Shown here piece after piece: positions 1 through 5,295 of a stretch of 5,295 nucleotides of DNA (its first letter is position 1; every line of letters starts with the position of its first letter). The stretch lies in the IMG/VR virus record IMGVR_UViG_2728369182_000003. One strand, given 5' to 3'. The notes beneath the pieces are model-generated. The model did no database searches and was not told the origin of the DNA. It worked only from the letters and a program-made list of their open reading frames with translations. This stretch comes from a virus. Its lineage: Duplodnaviria > Heunggongvirae > Uroviricota > Caudoviricetes. The position numbers were made by a program, and so were the translations under genes.

Positions 1-424
1 TGTCAGCGCAGTCAAACGCGCCGGCGGCCTGCCCGCCCGGACTGTCAATGTCCAGCAGTATGCCCCGCACCTGGCTATCTGCCATTGCCTGCTGAAGACA
101 GGCGACAATGCCGTCATAGCCAGTCATTCCGGAAAATGGCCGCATCCCCCCCAGCCGGTGCACCAGCGTGCCGGTCACCGGCAGTACCGCAATACCGTTC
201 ACCACCCGGTAAACACGGGCCGGTCGTTTACCTCCGGCCATGTACTCGTCCGTTTCAGCCAGCATTCCGGGAGCATCAAACTGTACCTGCTGTTGTGGTA
301 CCGAAAGACTTGCTGCCCCCATCTCGCGCCCGAGCGCGCAAAAGAAAACCCGCGCATAGGCGGGCTCCAGAAGCAGCGGTTCATTGAATGCTGCGGCAAT
401 AATGTGTGAAAGATTACGTCTCAC
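1..424 (-). CDS. C: Head maturation protease / scaffold protein, lambda gpC-like (S49 peptidase family), N-terminal ~141 codons only; the gene continues past the left edge of the window
   Basis: Hand translation of the minus strand from GTG at 424..422 gives (V/M)RRNLSHIIAAAFNEPLLLEPAYARVFFCALGREMGAASLS...GIAVLPVTGTLVHRLGGMRPFSGMTGYDGIVACLQQAMADSQVRGILLDIDSPGGQAAGAFDCAD. This aligns with lambda gpC as I recall it (...LRNLPHIASMAFNEPLMLEPAYARVFFCALAG...GILLDMDTPGGMVAGAFDCAD). An upstream in-frame stop at 463..461 bounds the start; GAGGAG (440..435) lies 10 nt upstream of the GTG. The start overlaps the portal stop by 11 nt. Not in the ORF track because no stop falls inside the window. Confidence 0.85.
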   Translation of the reverse strand, partial: MRRNLSHIIAAAFNEPLLLEPAYARVFFCALGREMGAASLSVPQQQVQFDAPGMLAETDEYMAGGKRPARVYRVVNGIAVLPVTGTLVHRLGGMRPFSGMTGYDGIVACLQQAMADSQVRGILLDIDSPGGQAAGAFDCAD

Positions 425-1257
425 GTGGTGTTGTCTCCTCTTCCGGCCTGCGACTCTCCGCTATCTGCTGCTGATACGCCTGCGCTATCCACACCGGACG
501 TGAGAGTCCGGCTTTTTCCCGCTCTGCAGATTCCCTGACCTGCTGGCGGAAAATGTCCTGATAATCCTCGCCCATCAGCGCCAGCTCTTTCTCATACGTG
601 CTCAGTCCGGAATCAATACGCATCACCGATTCCTGAACCTCCTTGAGCCCGTCAATGGCCATTCTTCCGGCACCAATCCACTCAGCCCGTGACCAGGCTG
701 AACGCGCCTGATAAAAATCAAAACGTGCCCGTGGCGGACGAATAATCCCCCGAAGAAGTGCCTCTTCCAGCCAGCAGGAAAACATCTGCGTGGCCAGCCG
801 GGCCGCAATAAATTTTCGTCGTCCCATAAAATAGCGCCACGACTCATTGGCGGAGGCGCGGGCACTTGAATAACTGACCTTCGAGTAATCACGGGACAAC
901 TGTTCGTAGGAAACACCAAGACCGGCGGCGATATACCGCAGCAGCGCCTGTTCAAGCGCCGAAAATCCATTGTCTGAATCCTGCGCGGTCTGCAGTTTCA
1001 GATCATCACCAGGGAAAAGGTGCGGAATTTTGACACCGCCCAGCGTCACGTTATTCGTGTCATACCAGCTGGAGAACTTCTCCAGAATATTAATAAGCGG
1101 ATTATCCTTCTGCCCCTGCGGCGCACCGGCGATATATTCAAAGGCCTTTTCGGTATCCAGTTCACTTTCAATTGTCGCTGCATACATCGCCTTGACAATG
1201 GCCGACTGAAGCTGTGTTGCCTGCAGGGAATCGAGCATCTTCAGCCGTTCCATGACG
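414..1257 (-). CDS. B: Portal protein, lambda gpB-like, C-terminal ~280 codons; the 5' side is broken by the N-run at 1258-1321
   Basis: ORF 414..1253 translates to (V)MERLKMLDSLQATQLQSAIVKAMYAATIESELDT...GLGVSYEQLSRDYSKVSYSSARASANESWRYFMGRRKF...WIGAGRMAIDGLKEVQESV...STYEKE. This is near-colinear with the lambda gpB C-terminal half (MEQMKMLDTLQNTQLQSAIVKAMYAATIESELDT...GLGVSYEQLSRNYAQMSYSTARASANESWAYFMGRRKF...). Stop TAA at 416..414. The M at 1253 is an internal Met of the portal, not the true start. Confidence 0.92.
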
Positions 1258-1321
1258 NNNNNNNNNNNNNNNNNNNNNNNNNNNNNNNNNNNNNNNNNNN
1301 NNNNNNNNNNNNNNNNNNNNN
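1258..1321. other. Assembly gap, 64 N, inside the portal gene
   Basis: Run of n characters. The portal reading frame differs on the two sides (frames of 1810 and 1253 differ), and lambda has about 40 residues between the flanking motifs, so the N length is not the true length. Confidence 0.99.
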
Positions 1322-1823
1322 CCCGGAGCGAGGAAAATCATCCTCACAGATATGGTACGCAACGGCACGACCATATCGATCGACCTCCACCCCGGCCCGC
1401 AGAAAACGGTTCCCGATACCATGTCCTGGCGTGTCCACCCGTTTCGGACTCACGGCTTTAAAACGCGTACGAAACAGTTGCGTGCTCTCCGTATCCCAGA
1501 CCGGCTGCACAAAGATTTCGCCGTTAAACGCATGAACGCCCACACCTTCACGGATAAATTCCGTAAACGTGCGTTTCCCTTCCACGTCGATCTCACCAAA
1601 CATCCCTTCTGCGTATTCTGACCAGGCCGCCTCCACCTCATCGACAAAACTTTTTGTCGCGGTCTCCCGCATCCCCAGCCAGCGCCAGTTCGGGCGGTAG
1701 CTGATAAGAAACATATGCCCGACAATGTGATCCTTATGCAGGGCCACCGCATTGGCCGCTATCCCGTTATTGCGCACCAGATCATCTGCCCGGGCATTCC
1801 CCAGACGCAACGCGGGCAGCAGG
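1322..1823 (-). CDS. B: Portal protein, lambda gpB-like, N-proximal/middle segment (about residues 45-213), bounded by N-runs on both sides
   Basis: Minus-strand translation ...LLPALRLGNARADDLVRNNGIAANAVALHKDHIVGHMFLISYRPNWRWLG...VEAAWSEYAEGMFGEIDVEGKRTFTEFIREGVGVHAFNGEIFVQPVWDTESTQLFRTRFKAVSPKRVDTPGHGIGNRFLRAGVEVDRYGRAVAYHICEDDFPRSG matches lambda gpB (...GNARADDLVRNNGYAANAIQLHQDHIVG...REVEAAWKEFAE...IDVERKRTFTMMIREGVAMHAFNGELFVQATWDT...LFRTQFRMVSPKR...). Confidence 0.87.
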
Positions 1824-1930
1824 NNNNNNNNNNGTGATCCTTATGCAGAGCCACCGCATTAGCCGCTATTCCGTTATTGCGCACCAGATCATCTGCCCGG
1901 GCATTCCCCAGACGCAACGCGGGCAGCAGG
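1727..1930. repeat. Direct repeat pair (1727-1823 and 1834-1930, 97 bp, 3 mismatches) either side of the 10-N gap; probably unmerged overlapping contig ends
   Basis: gtgatccttatgcagGgccaccgcattGgccgctatCccgttattgcgcaccagatcatctgcccgggcattccccagacgcaacgcgggcagcagg versus the same string with A, A and T at the capitalised positions. Both copies encode the same portal peptide (LPALRLGNARADDLVRNNGIAANAVALHKDH), so all three differences are synonymous. Confidence 0.9.
1824..1833. other. Assembly gap, 10 N
   Basis: Run of n characters, flanked by a 97-bp near-identical direct repeat (1727-1823 and 1834-1930). Confidence 0.99.
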
Positions 1931-2064
1931 GCCGCATCGGCACTCTGCGCCGGTGGCAACCACTCAGCCATTTGCCCGCCAAATCCTGCACCGCCCCCGT
2001 TGTAGCTGAGGCTCTCCCGAAGCGGAACGCCGTTCACATCAATCAGGACAGGCGTTCGTTTCAT
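1834..2064 (-). CDS. B: Portal protein, lambda gpB-like, N-terminal 77 codons including the true start ATG at 2064..2062
   Basis: MKRTPVLIDVNGVPLRESLSYNGGGAGFGGQMAEWLPPAQSADAALLPALRLGNARADDLVRNNGIAANAVALHKDH against lambda gpB MKTPTIPTLLGPDGMTSLREYAGYHGGGSGFGGQLRSWNPPSESVDAALLPNFTRGNARADDLVRNNGYAANAIQLHQDH. The ATG overlaps the W stop codon (minus-strand TTATGA, revcomp of 2061-2066). GGGAG sits about 9 nt upstream. Confidence 0.88.
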
Positions 2065-2193
2065 AAGCTCACTCCCAGCGGACGACGGCGACGGCGGGTT
2101 GTCCCCAGTACCGACTCAGCATCATTGATCGCACGGTTAAGCTCATCCAGAGAGGCCGCCGTATATTCAATTCTTCGTCCATCTTTCTGGACA
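2061..2193 (-). CDS. W: Head completion / head-tail joining protein, lambda gpW-like, C-terminal part (about residues 26-67) with stop TGA at 2063..2061
   Basis: Hand translation in the W frame: VQKDGRRIEYTAASLDELNRAINDAESVLGTTRRRRRPLGVSL*. Lambda gpW has ...[44 protein letters not shown]. The ORF track's 2069..2686 call ends in a different frame because it reads through N-runs. Confidence 0.8.
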
Positions 2194-2203
2194 NNNNNNN
2201 NNN
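2194..2203. other. Assembly gap, 10 N
   Basis: Run of n characters separating the W C-terminal segment from a displaced portal fragment. Confidence 0.99.
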
Positions 2204-2480
2204 GACGGCACGGCCATATCGATCGACCTCCACACCGGCCCGCAGAAAACGGTTCCCCATACCGTGTCCAGGCGTGTCCACCCGTTTCGGACTCACGGCT
2301 TTAAAACGCGTACGGAATAACTGCGTGGTTTCCGTATCCCAGACCGGCTGCACAAAGATTTCGCCGTTAAACGCATGAACGCCCACACCTTCACGGATAA
2401 ATTCCGTGAACGTGCGTTTTCCTTCCACGTCGATCTCGCCAAACATCCCTTCGGCGTATTCCGACCAGGCCGCCTCCACC
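2204..2480 (-). pseudogene. Displaced second copy of an internal portal fragment (about residues 93-185), lying between the two halves of W; about 94% identical to 1362-1637
   Basis: Encodes VEAAWSEYAEGMFGEIDVEGKRTFTEFIREGVGVHAFNGEIFVQPVWDTETTQLFRTRFKAVSPKRVDTPGHGMGNRFLRAGVEVDRYGRAV. Against the copy at 1362-1637 I count about 16 nucleotide differences but only two amino-acid differences (S->T, I->M). It has no start or stop of its own and is bounded by N-runs on both sides. Confidence 0.75.
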
Positions 2481-2511
2481 NNNNNNNNNNNNNNNNNNNN
2501 NNNNNNNNNNN
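2481..2511. other. Assembly gap, 31 N
   Basis: Run of n characters. Confidence 0.99.
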
Positions 2512-2611
2512 ACCGGGTTGTCCCCAGTACCGACTCCGCATCATTGATCGCCCGGTTAAGCTCATCCAGAGAAGCCGCCGTATATTCAATTCTGCGACCA
2601 TCTTTCTGGAC
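2512..2611. repeat. About 100 bp of W coding sequence that duplicates 2094-2193 with about 5 mismatches
   Basis: Both copies encode VQKDGRRIEYTAASLDELNRAINDAESVLGTTR; the differences are synonymous codon swaps (ggt/gga, cgc/cga, gct/gcc, cgg/cgt, gcg/gct). Confidence 0.88.
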
Positions 2612-2686
2612 AGACACCACCCGTTTACCGGTTAATAAATCAAGGCGCGCCTGACGCAGCGCCTGCAGTTCAGCGACTGTAACCAT
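2513..2686 (-). CDS. W: Head completion / head-tail joining protein, lambda gpW-like, N-terminal 58 codons with start ATG at 2686..2684
   Basis: MVTVAELQALRQARLDLLTGKRVVSVQKDGRRIEYTAASLDELNRAINDAESVLGTTR against lambda gpW [51 protein letters not shown]. Strong Shine-Dalgarno GGAGGAG about 5 nt upstream (revcomp of 2690-2696). The start overlaps the terminase stop (2672..2670) by 17 nt. Confidence 0.87.
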
Positions 2687-3641
2687 TCACTCCTCCGGAC
2701 AGCTTCGCTGCCAGTTCTTTAAGGGTTGGCCGGGTCGTCTCTTCTTCCCGGGATTTTGCCAGTACAGCCAGATCAAGCTGCCAGCGTTGCACGGACACAC
2801 GTAATGCCGCGTAGGCATACACCAGGCAGTCCAGCGCTTCGTTACGCCGCTTTTTGTTATCCCACAGCAGACGCATCTTTCCTTTTTCCCACTTCTCCAC
2901 AAGCTCTTCCGCGACCAGTTGCTGCGCCTCTGTCTGCGAAAAAATCTCCGGATCATCAGGAAAACGGATGGCATACGACGTGGCTTCATCCGCAGGCGTG
3001 GGCTCGGCTTTCATACGGGCATAGAGAATTTCTTTTGCGGTGTCCGTCCCCACTTCACACAGATACACGCCCCGCTGATTGCGGGTTTTTGGCATGGTGA
3101 TCACCGGCTTGCCATAGACAGATGCGCCTTTTACCGGCAGCACCCGGAAAACACCGTGTTTTTTTGACCTCTGATAAACGATTTCGCCATCGATCCCCCC
3201 GATGTCCCAGCAGACACGGGAAATGGTCATTTCGGTTCCGTCTGCATGGCGGTATTTTTTGTTGATCGCCGCATCCACACGTAACAGCGTCTCTTCCTCA
3301 TCGNNNNNNNNNNNNNNNNNNNNNNNNNNNNNNNNNNNNNNNNNNNNNNNNNNNNNNNNNNNNNNNNNNNNNNNNNNNNNNNNNNNNNNNNNNCGCACAA
3401 CCTTATCCATCAGCACCTGGTGATCGAGTTTTTCGCCCACAGCCTCTTCCCAGGTCTCGCCCAGCGTGGTGTTCACAAAGGTTTTCAGGCCGTTGGGATC
3501 TTTCAGTGCATCCAGCCAGTCATAGACAATCTGTACCCAGGTGGTGAACGGACTGTACGCCGTCCAGATATGGAAAGTGATGGAGCGCGGCGGCGGAATT
3601 TCATCACCCCGGGCGCTGAAAAACATCAGGCCGTCACGGGT
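2670..3641 (-). CDS. A: Large terminase subunit, lambda gpA-like, C-terminal (nuclease-side) portion downstream of the in-frame TGA; contains the 90-N gap
   Basis: Same frame as the upstream segment. TRDGLMFFSARGDEIPPPRSITFHIWTAYSPFTTWVQIVYDWLDALKDPNGLKTFVNTTLGETWEEAVGEK...DEEETLLRVDAAINKKY...ISRVCWDIGGIDGEIVYQRSKKHGVFRVLPVKGASVYGKPV...GVYLCEVGTDTAKE...LWDNKKRRNEALDCLVYAYAALRVSVQRWQLDL aligns with lambda gpA ...TRDGILWFSSSGEEIEPPDSVTFHIWTAYSPFTTWVQIVKDW...TFVNTTLGETWEAKIGER...DDEQTLLRVDEAINKTY...ISRICWDTGGIDPTIVYERSKKHGLFRVIPIKGASVYGKPV...LWDSKKRRNEALDCFVYALAALRISISRWQLDL. Stop TGA at 2672..2670. Confidence 0.88.
   Translation of the reverse strand, partial: TRDGLMFFSARGDEIPPPRSITFHIWTAYSPFTTWVQIVYDWLDALKDPNGLKTFVNTTLGETWEEAVGEKLDHQVLMDKVVXXXXXXXXXXXXXXXXXXXXXXXXXXXXXXXDEEETLLRVDAAINKKYRHADGTEMTISRVCWDIGGIDGEIVYQRSKKHGVFRVLPVKGASVYGKPVITMPKTRNQRGVYLCEVGTDTAKEILYARMKAEPTPADEATSYAIRFPDDPEIFSQTEAQQLVAEELVEKWEKGKMRLLWDNKKRRNEALDCLVYAYAALRVSVQRWQLDLAVLAKSREEETTRPTLKELAAKLSGGVNGYSR
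3304..3393. other. Assembly gap, 90 N, inside the large terminase gene
   Basis: Run of n characters. Lambda has about 48 residues between the flanking motifs (...MAERKE and DDEQTLLRV), so about 144 nt would be expected; the N length is probably nominal although the frame is preserved. Confidence 0.99.
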
Positions 3642-4544
3642 TCACATGCCCGTGTTTTCACAGATCCACCGCCCGTTACTCTGGTCAAGCTCAGACTGAT
3701 GGATCACACAGCCATGATGCTCACAAAGGTAGAAAACACTTTCTGGCTTATTCTTCTCCCACTTAAGACCGAAAGGCGAGGCATCATCGCCAAATTTCAG
3801 ATACTGCTCCTCCCCACAGTGCGGACAGGGCACATAAAAACGCATGAAGTGTGCCGACTCGTTAGCGGCTTTTTCGATCTGGCAGGAGCCTTTGATTTTA
3901 GGCGTCGAGCCGCGAATGGATTTTGGCCATACAGAGCCCTCAATACGTTTATCCCCCAGCAGGGTTGGCGAACCCTCTTTTTCAACATCCGGTTCGAACG
4001 AGGAAAGCTCGTCATAACAGACCACATCCACGGATTTTTCACGGTAGTTTTTTGCTGCCGCACCACCCAGACACCAGAACCCCACACCGGAGGAAAAACG
4101 CTTCAGGGTGAGCGTATTATCGCGGTGTTTTCTTCCGAACCATGGAGCCAGCTCCAGCAATGCAGGAACATCCCTTATCGTTGGCTCAACATGAGATTTC
4201 ATAAAATCTTCAGCAGCTGAGTCCGTGGGCTGAAAAAGAAGGCTGTTGCGTGATTTATGCTCAATAAAATAAGCCTCCACTCCCAGCAACATCTTTGTAT
4301 AACCAACACGGGCAGATTTAATCAGGTTAACCGTGCGAATCAGATCGTTGCCCATACAGTTCATGATGCCAACCTGAAACGGCAGTGTTTCCCATCGCCC
4401 CGGGGTATAAGACGACTCTTTAGGAAGGTAATAATGTTTATTGGCCCACTGAACTGTCGTCAGTGGAACAGGAATAATGAGAGATAAAAGCCCTGTAGCT
4501 ATCGCACCGGCTGCATTAGCTGCCTTCTGCGCGTCTGAAATCAT
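3642..4544 (-). CDS. A: Large terminase subunit, lambda gpA-like, N-terminal (Nu1-binding and ATPase) portion of 300 codons, ending at an in-frame TGA (3644..3642)
   Basis: From ATG at 4544..4542: [100 protein letters not shown]...[37 protein letters not shown]...[23 protein letters not shown]...[54 protein letters not shown]...PFGLKW......[15 protein letters not shown]......ICE.TG. This is near-colinear with lambda gpA (...[63 protein letters not shown]...). I prefer the ATG at 4544 over the ORF track's start at 4586, which falls on a TTG codon (TTG or CTG at 399, 1810 and 85 are likewise printed as M by the track); it gives an N-terminus of lambda-like length and a 29-nt overlap with the Nu1 stop. 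Confidence 0.88.
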
Positions 4545-5064
4545 CGATCCACCCGCCCACGTTTTCACCGGCCTTAGCTGCAACATTGGAGGCTTTCGCG
4601 ATTTCAGTTTTCACCACATCAAGGTGTGATGGTGAAATGTCCGGATATTTACGCTGTAATGTCAACGGCACACGCACAAGTATCCCCGAAATCTCCTGTG
4701 CCACACGTTGCAGAATGAAGGTAAACAGTTCAGTTTCCAGCACTACTCCGTCTTCACGGGCATTTTTCAGTTCCTGCGCATCTGCCTGCGCTTTTGTGAG
4801 CCGGTAGCGTTCATAGTCAATGGTGCCGGGTTGTAAATCTGACTCCGCTGCCGCACGCAAATCGTCCAGTTCTTTGCGGAGCTTTTCGTTTTCGATATCA
4901 GTTTCCCTCTGCGCATACCACTGAATTGCCATGGCAGTATCAAATACAGATTCAATGCCCTTACTACCTTTGGAGGCGCAAGGGAGTCCCTGAGACTGCC
5001 AGCGTTCAATCGTCCGCGGGTCCACGTTGAAAATTTCGGCAAGCCTCTTTTTATTAACCTTCAT
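4516..5064 (-). CDS. Nu1: Small terminase subunit, lambda gpNu1-like (N-terminal winged-HTH DNA-binding domain), 182 aa
   Basis: [104 protein letters not shown]... against lambda Nu1 [104 protein letters not shown].... ATG at 5064..5062, TAA at 4518..4516. Confidence 0.93.
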
Positions 5065-5240
5065 GAAAACAACCCATTATCAAATACAAGGCCCGACATG
5101 AAAACGCCAGAAAAAGGCATTTTCGGACACTTTCATGTCGGACCTTTACGGATGCAATATTAAAAAAAACAAAAAGTTATATTCGAGAAGTACCGACACG
5201 ATTTTCCCTGAAAAATTTTCATAAATAGTGAAAAACCGCG
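5065..5240 (-). promoter_or_regulatory. cosB-like region between cosN and the Nu1 start; expected small-terminase binding region
   Basis: Position is equivalent to lambda cosB (between cosN and the Nu1 start). The cosN-proximal part (minus strand CGCGGTTTTTCACTATTTATGAAAATTTTTCAGG, about 5206-5240) closely matches lambda CGCGGGTTTTCGCTATTTATGAAAATTTTCCGG. The Nu1-proximal part is diverged and holds a 14-bp inverted repeat. A-tracts at about 5163-5177 and 5210-5219. Confidence 0.55.
5090..5144. repeat. 14-bp inverted repeat (5090-5103 ggcccgacatgaaa; 5131-5144 tttcatgtcggacc; 1 mismatch) with a 27-bp spacer, 26 bp upstream of the Nu1 start; candidate Nu1 recognition elements
   Basis: Direct reading: revcomp of 5131-5144 is ggtccgacatgaaa against ggcccgacatgaaa at 5090-5103. 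A third partial copy ttcggacac lies at 5122-5130. Confidence 0.6.
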
Positions 5241-5252
5241 AGGTCGCCGCCC
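5241..5252 (-). other. cosN core: the 12-nt cohesive-end sequence, identical to phage lambda's
   Basis: Plus strand aggtcgccgccc, whose revcomp is 5'-GGGCGGCGACCT-3', the lambda left cohesive end. Flanks also match: minus strand ...CAGGTTACG|GGGCGGCGACCT|CGCGG. Confidence 0.82.
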
Positions 5253-5295
5253 CGTAACCTGTTGGATCGACGGAAAGGACCCGAAAACGAGAATA
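5253..5295 (-). other. Genome right-end side of cos (cosQ-containing region); what would be the last ~43 nt of the mature phage genome
   Basis: Minus strand TATTCTCGTTTTCGGGTCCTTTCCGTCGATCCAACAGGTTACG resembles the lambda right terminus as I recall it (...ACGGGTCCTTTCCGGTGATCCGACAGGTTACG). Because cos is contiguous here, the sequence comes from a prophage, a circular or concatemeric form, or a circularised assembly rather than a linear virion end. Confidence 0.55.

Noticed and set aside
85-409. Plus-strand ORFs 85..387 and 158..409, and minus ORF 199..399
   Set aside because: They lie antisense to, or in an alternate frame of, the gpC-like gene, whose frame gives a lambda-colinear protein. 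Two of the three begin at TTG or CTG codons that the track prints as M.
623-970. 115-aa minus-strand ORF nested in the portal gene
   Set aside because: Alternate frame inside the conserved portal coding sequence; no independent support.
1759-1833. C-terminal tail CCPRCVWGMPGQMIWCAITG of the portal N-terminal ORF
   Set aside because: Produced by reading across the 10-N gap into the duplicated segment out of frame; not real protein sequence.
1020-2304. Plus-strand ORFs 970..1209, 1020..1535, 1252..1461, 1352..1621 and 1834..2304
   Set aside because: Antisense to portal and W, and several are only open because they read through N-runs (the X stretches).
2069-2686. 205-aa minus-strand ORF treated as one protein
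   Set aside because: It is an artefact. It fuses the W N-terminus, an out-of-place portal fragment and an out-of-frame W tail by reading through two N-runs; the true W stop is at 2063..2061.
3642-3644. TGA as a selenocysteine or other programmed recoding site
   Set aside because: The aligned lambda residue is Trp, terminases are not selenoproteins, and I see no basis for a SECIS-like hairpin immediately downstream. A nonsense change or base-call error is far more parsimonious.
3420-4220. 266-aa plus-strand ORF
   Set aside because: Entirely antisense to the strongly conserved large terminase gene. It begins right after the N-run, shows no recognisable motif, and the coding signal is fully explained by the minus-strand gene.
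4545-4586. ORF-track start at 4586 for the large terminase
   Set aside because: This start falls on a TTG codon (the ORF track prints TTG starts as M). The ATG at 4544 gives an N-terminus of lambda-like length and the expected overlap with Nu1.
5104-5130. IHF site (I1 equivalent) in the cosB spacer
   Set aside because: The position is plausible and the region is A/T-rich, but I could not find a convincing WATCAANNNNTTR match, so it is not called.
5065-5160. Tiny ORFs in the cos region (about 18-21 codons on each strand, for example minus MKVSENAFFWRFHVGPCI)
   Set aside because: They are by-products of the inverted repeat and ATG-containing repeat arms, with no RBS or conservation argument.
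1-5295. A novel defence, toxin or accessory (moron) system
   Set aside because: All coding capacity is accounted for by five colinear lambda-type packaging and head genes with overlapping junctions. There is no intergenic space, foreign-composition insert or unexplained ORF to host such a system.

Overview
The whole window is the DNA-packaging and head-assembly module of a lambda-like (lambdoid) enterobacterial phage or prophage, encoded on the minus strand. Reading right to left: cosQ/cosN/cosB (5065-5295, with a 12-nt cohesive-end sequence identical to lambda's), small terminase Nu1 (5064..4516), large terminase A (4544..2670), head completion protein W, portal B (2064..414) and the start of protease/scaffold C (424..1, running off the window). 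Gene calls rest on my own translation aligned from memory to phage lambda proteins; no database search was run. The genes overlap by 29, 17, 4 and 11 nt, as in lambda. I do not see a novel defence or accessory system: there is no unexplained coding capacity, and all plus-strand ORFs in the track are antisense to conserved phage genes. The points worth a second look are: (1) an in-frame TGA at 3642-3644 that cuts the large terminase where lambda has a conserved Trp; (2) five N-runs (64, 10, 10, 31 and 90 nt) flanked by diverged duplicate fragments of W and portal, one of them out of order, which looks like a scaffold built from two closely related co-resident lambdoid genomes; (3) the cos region, where the cosN side is lambda-identical but the Nu1-proximal part carries a different 14-bp inverted repeat.
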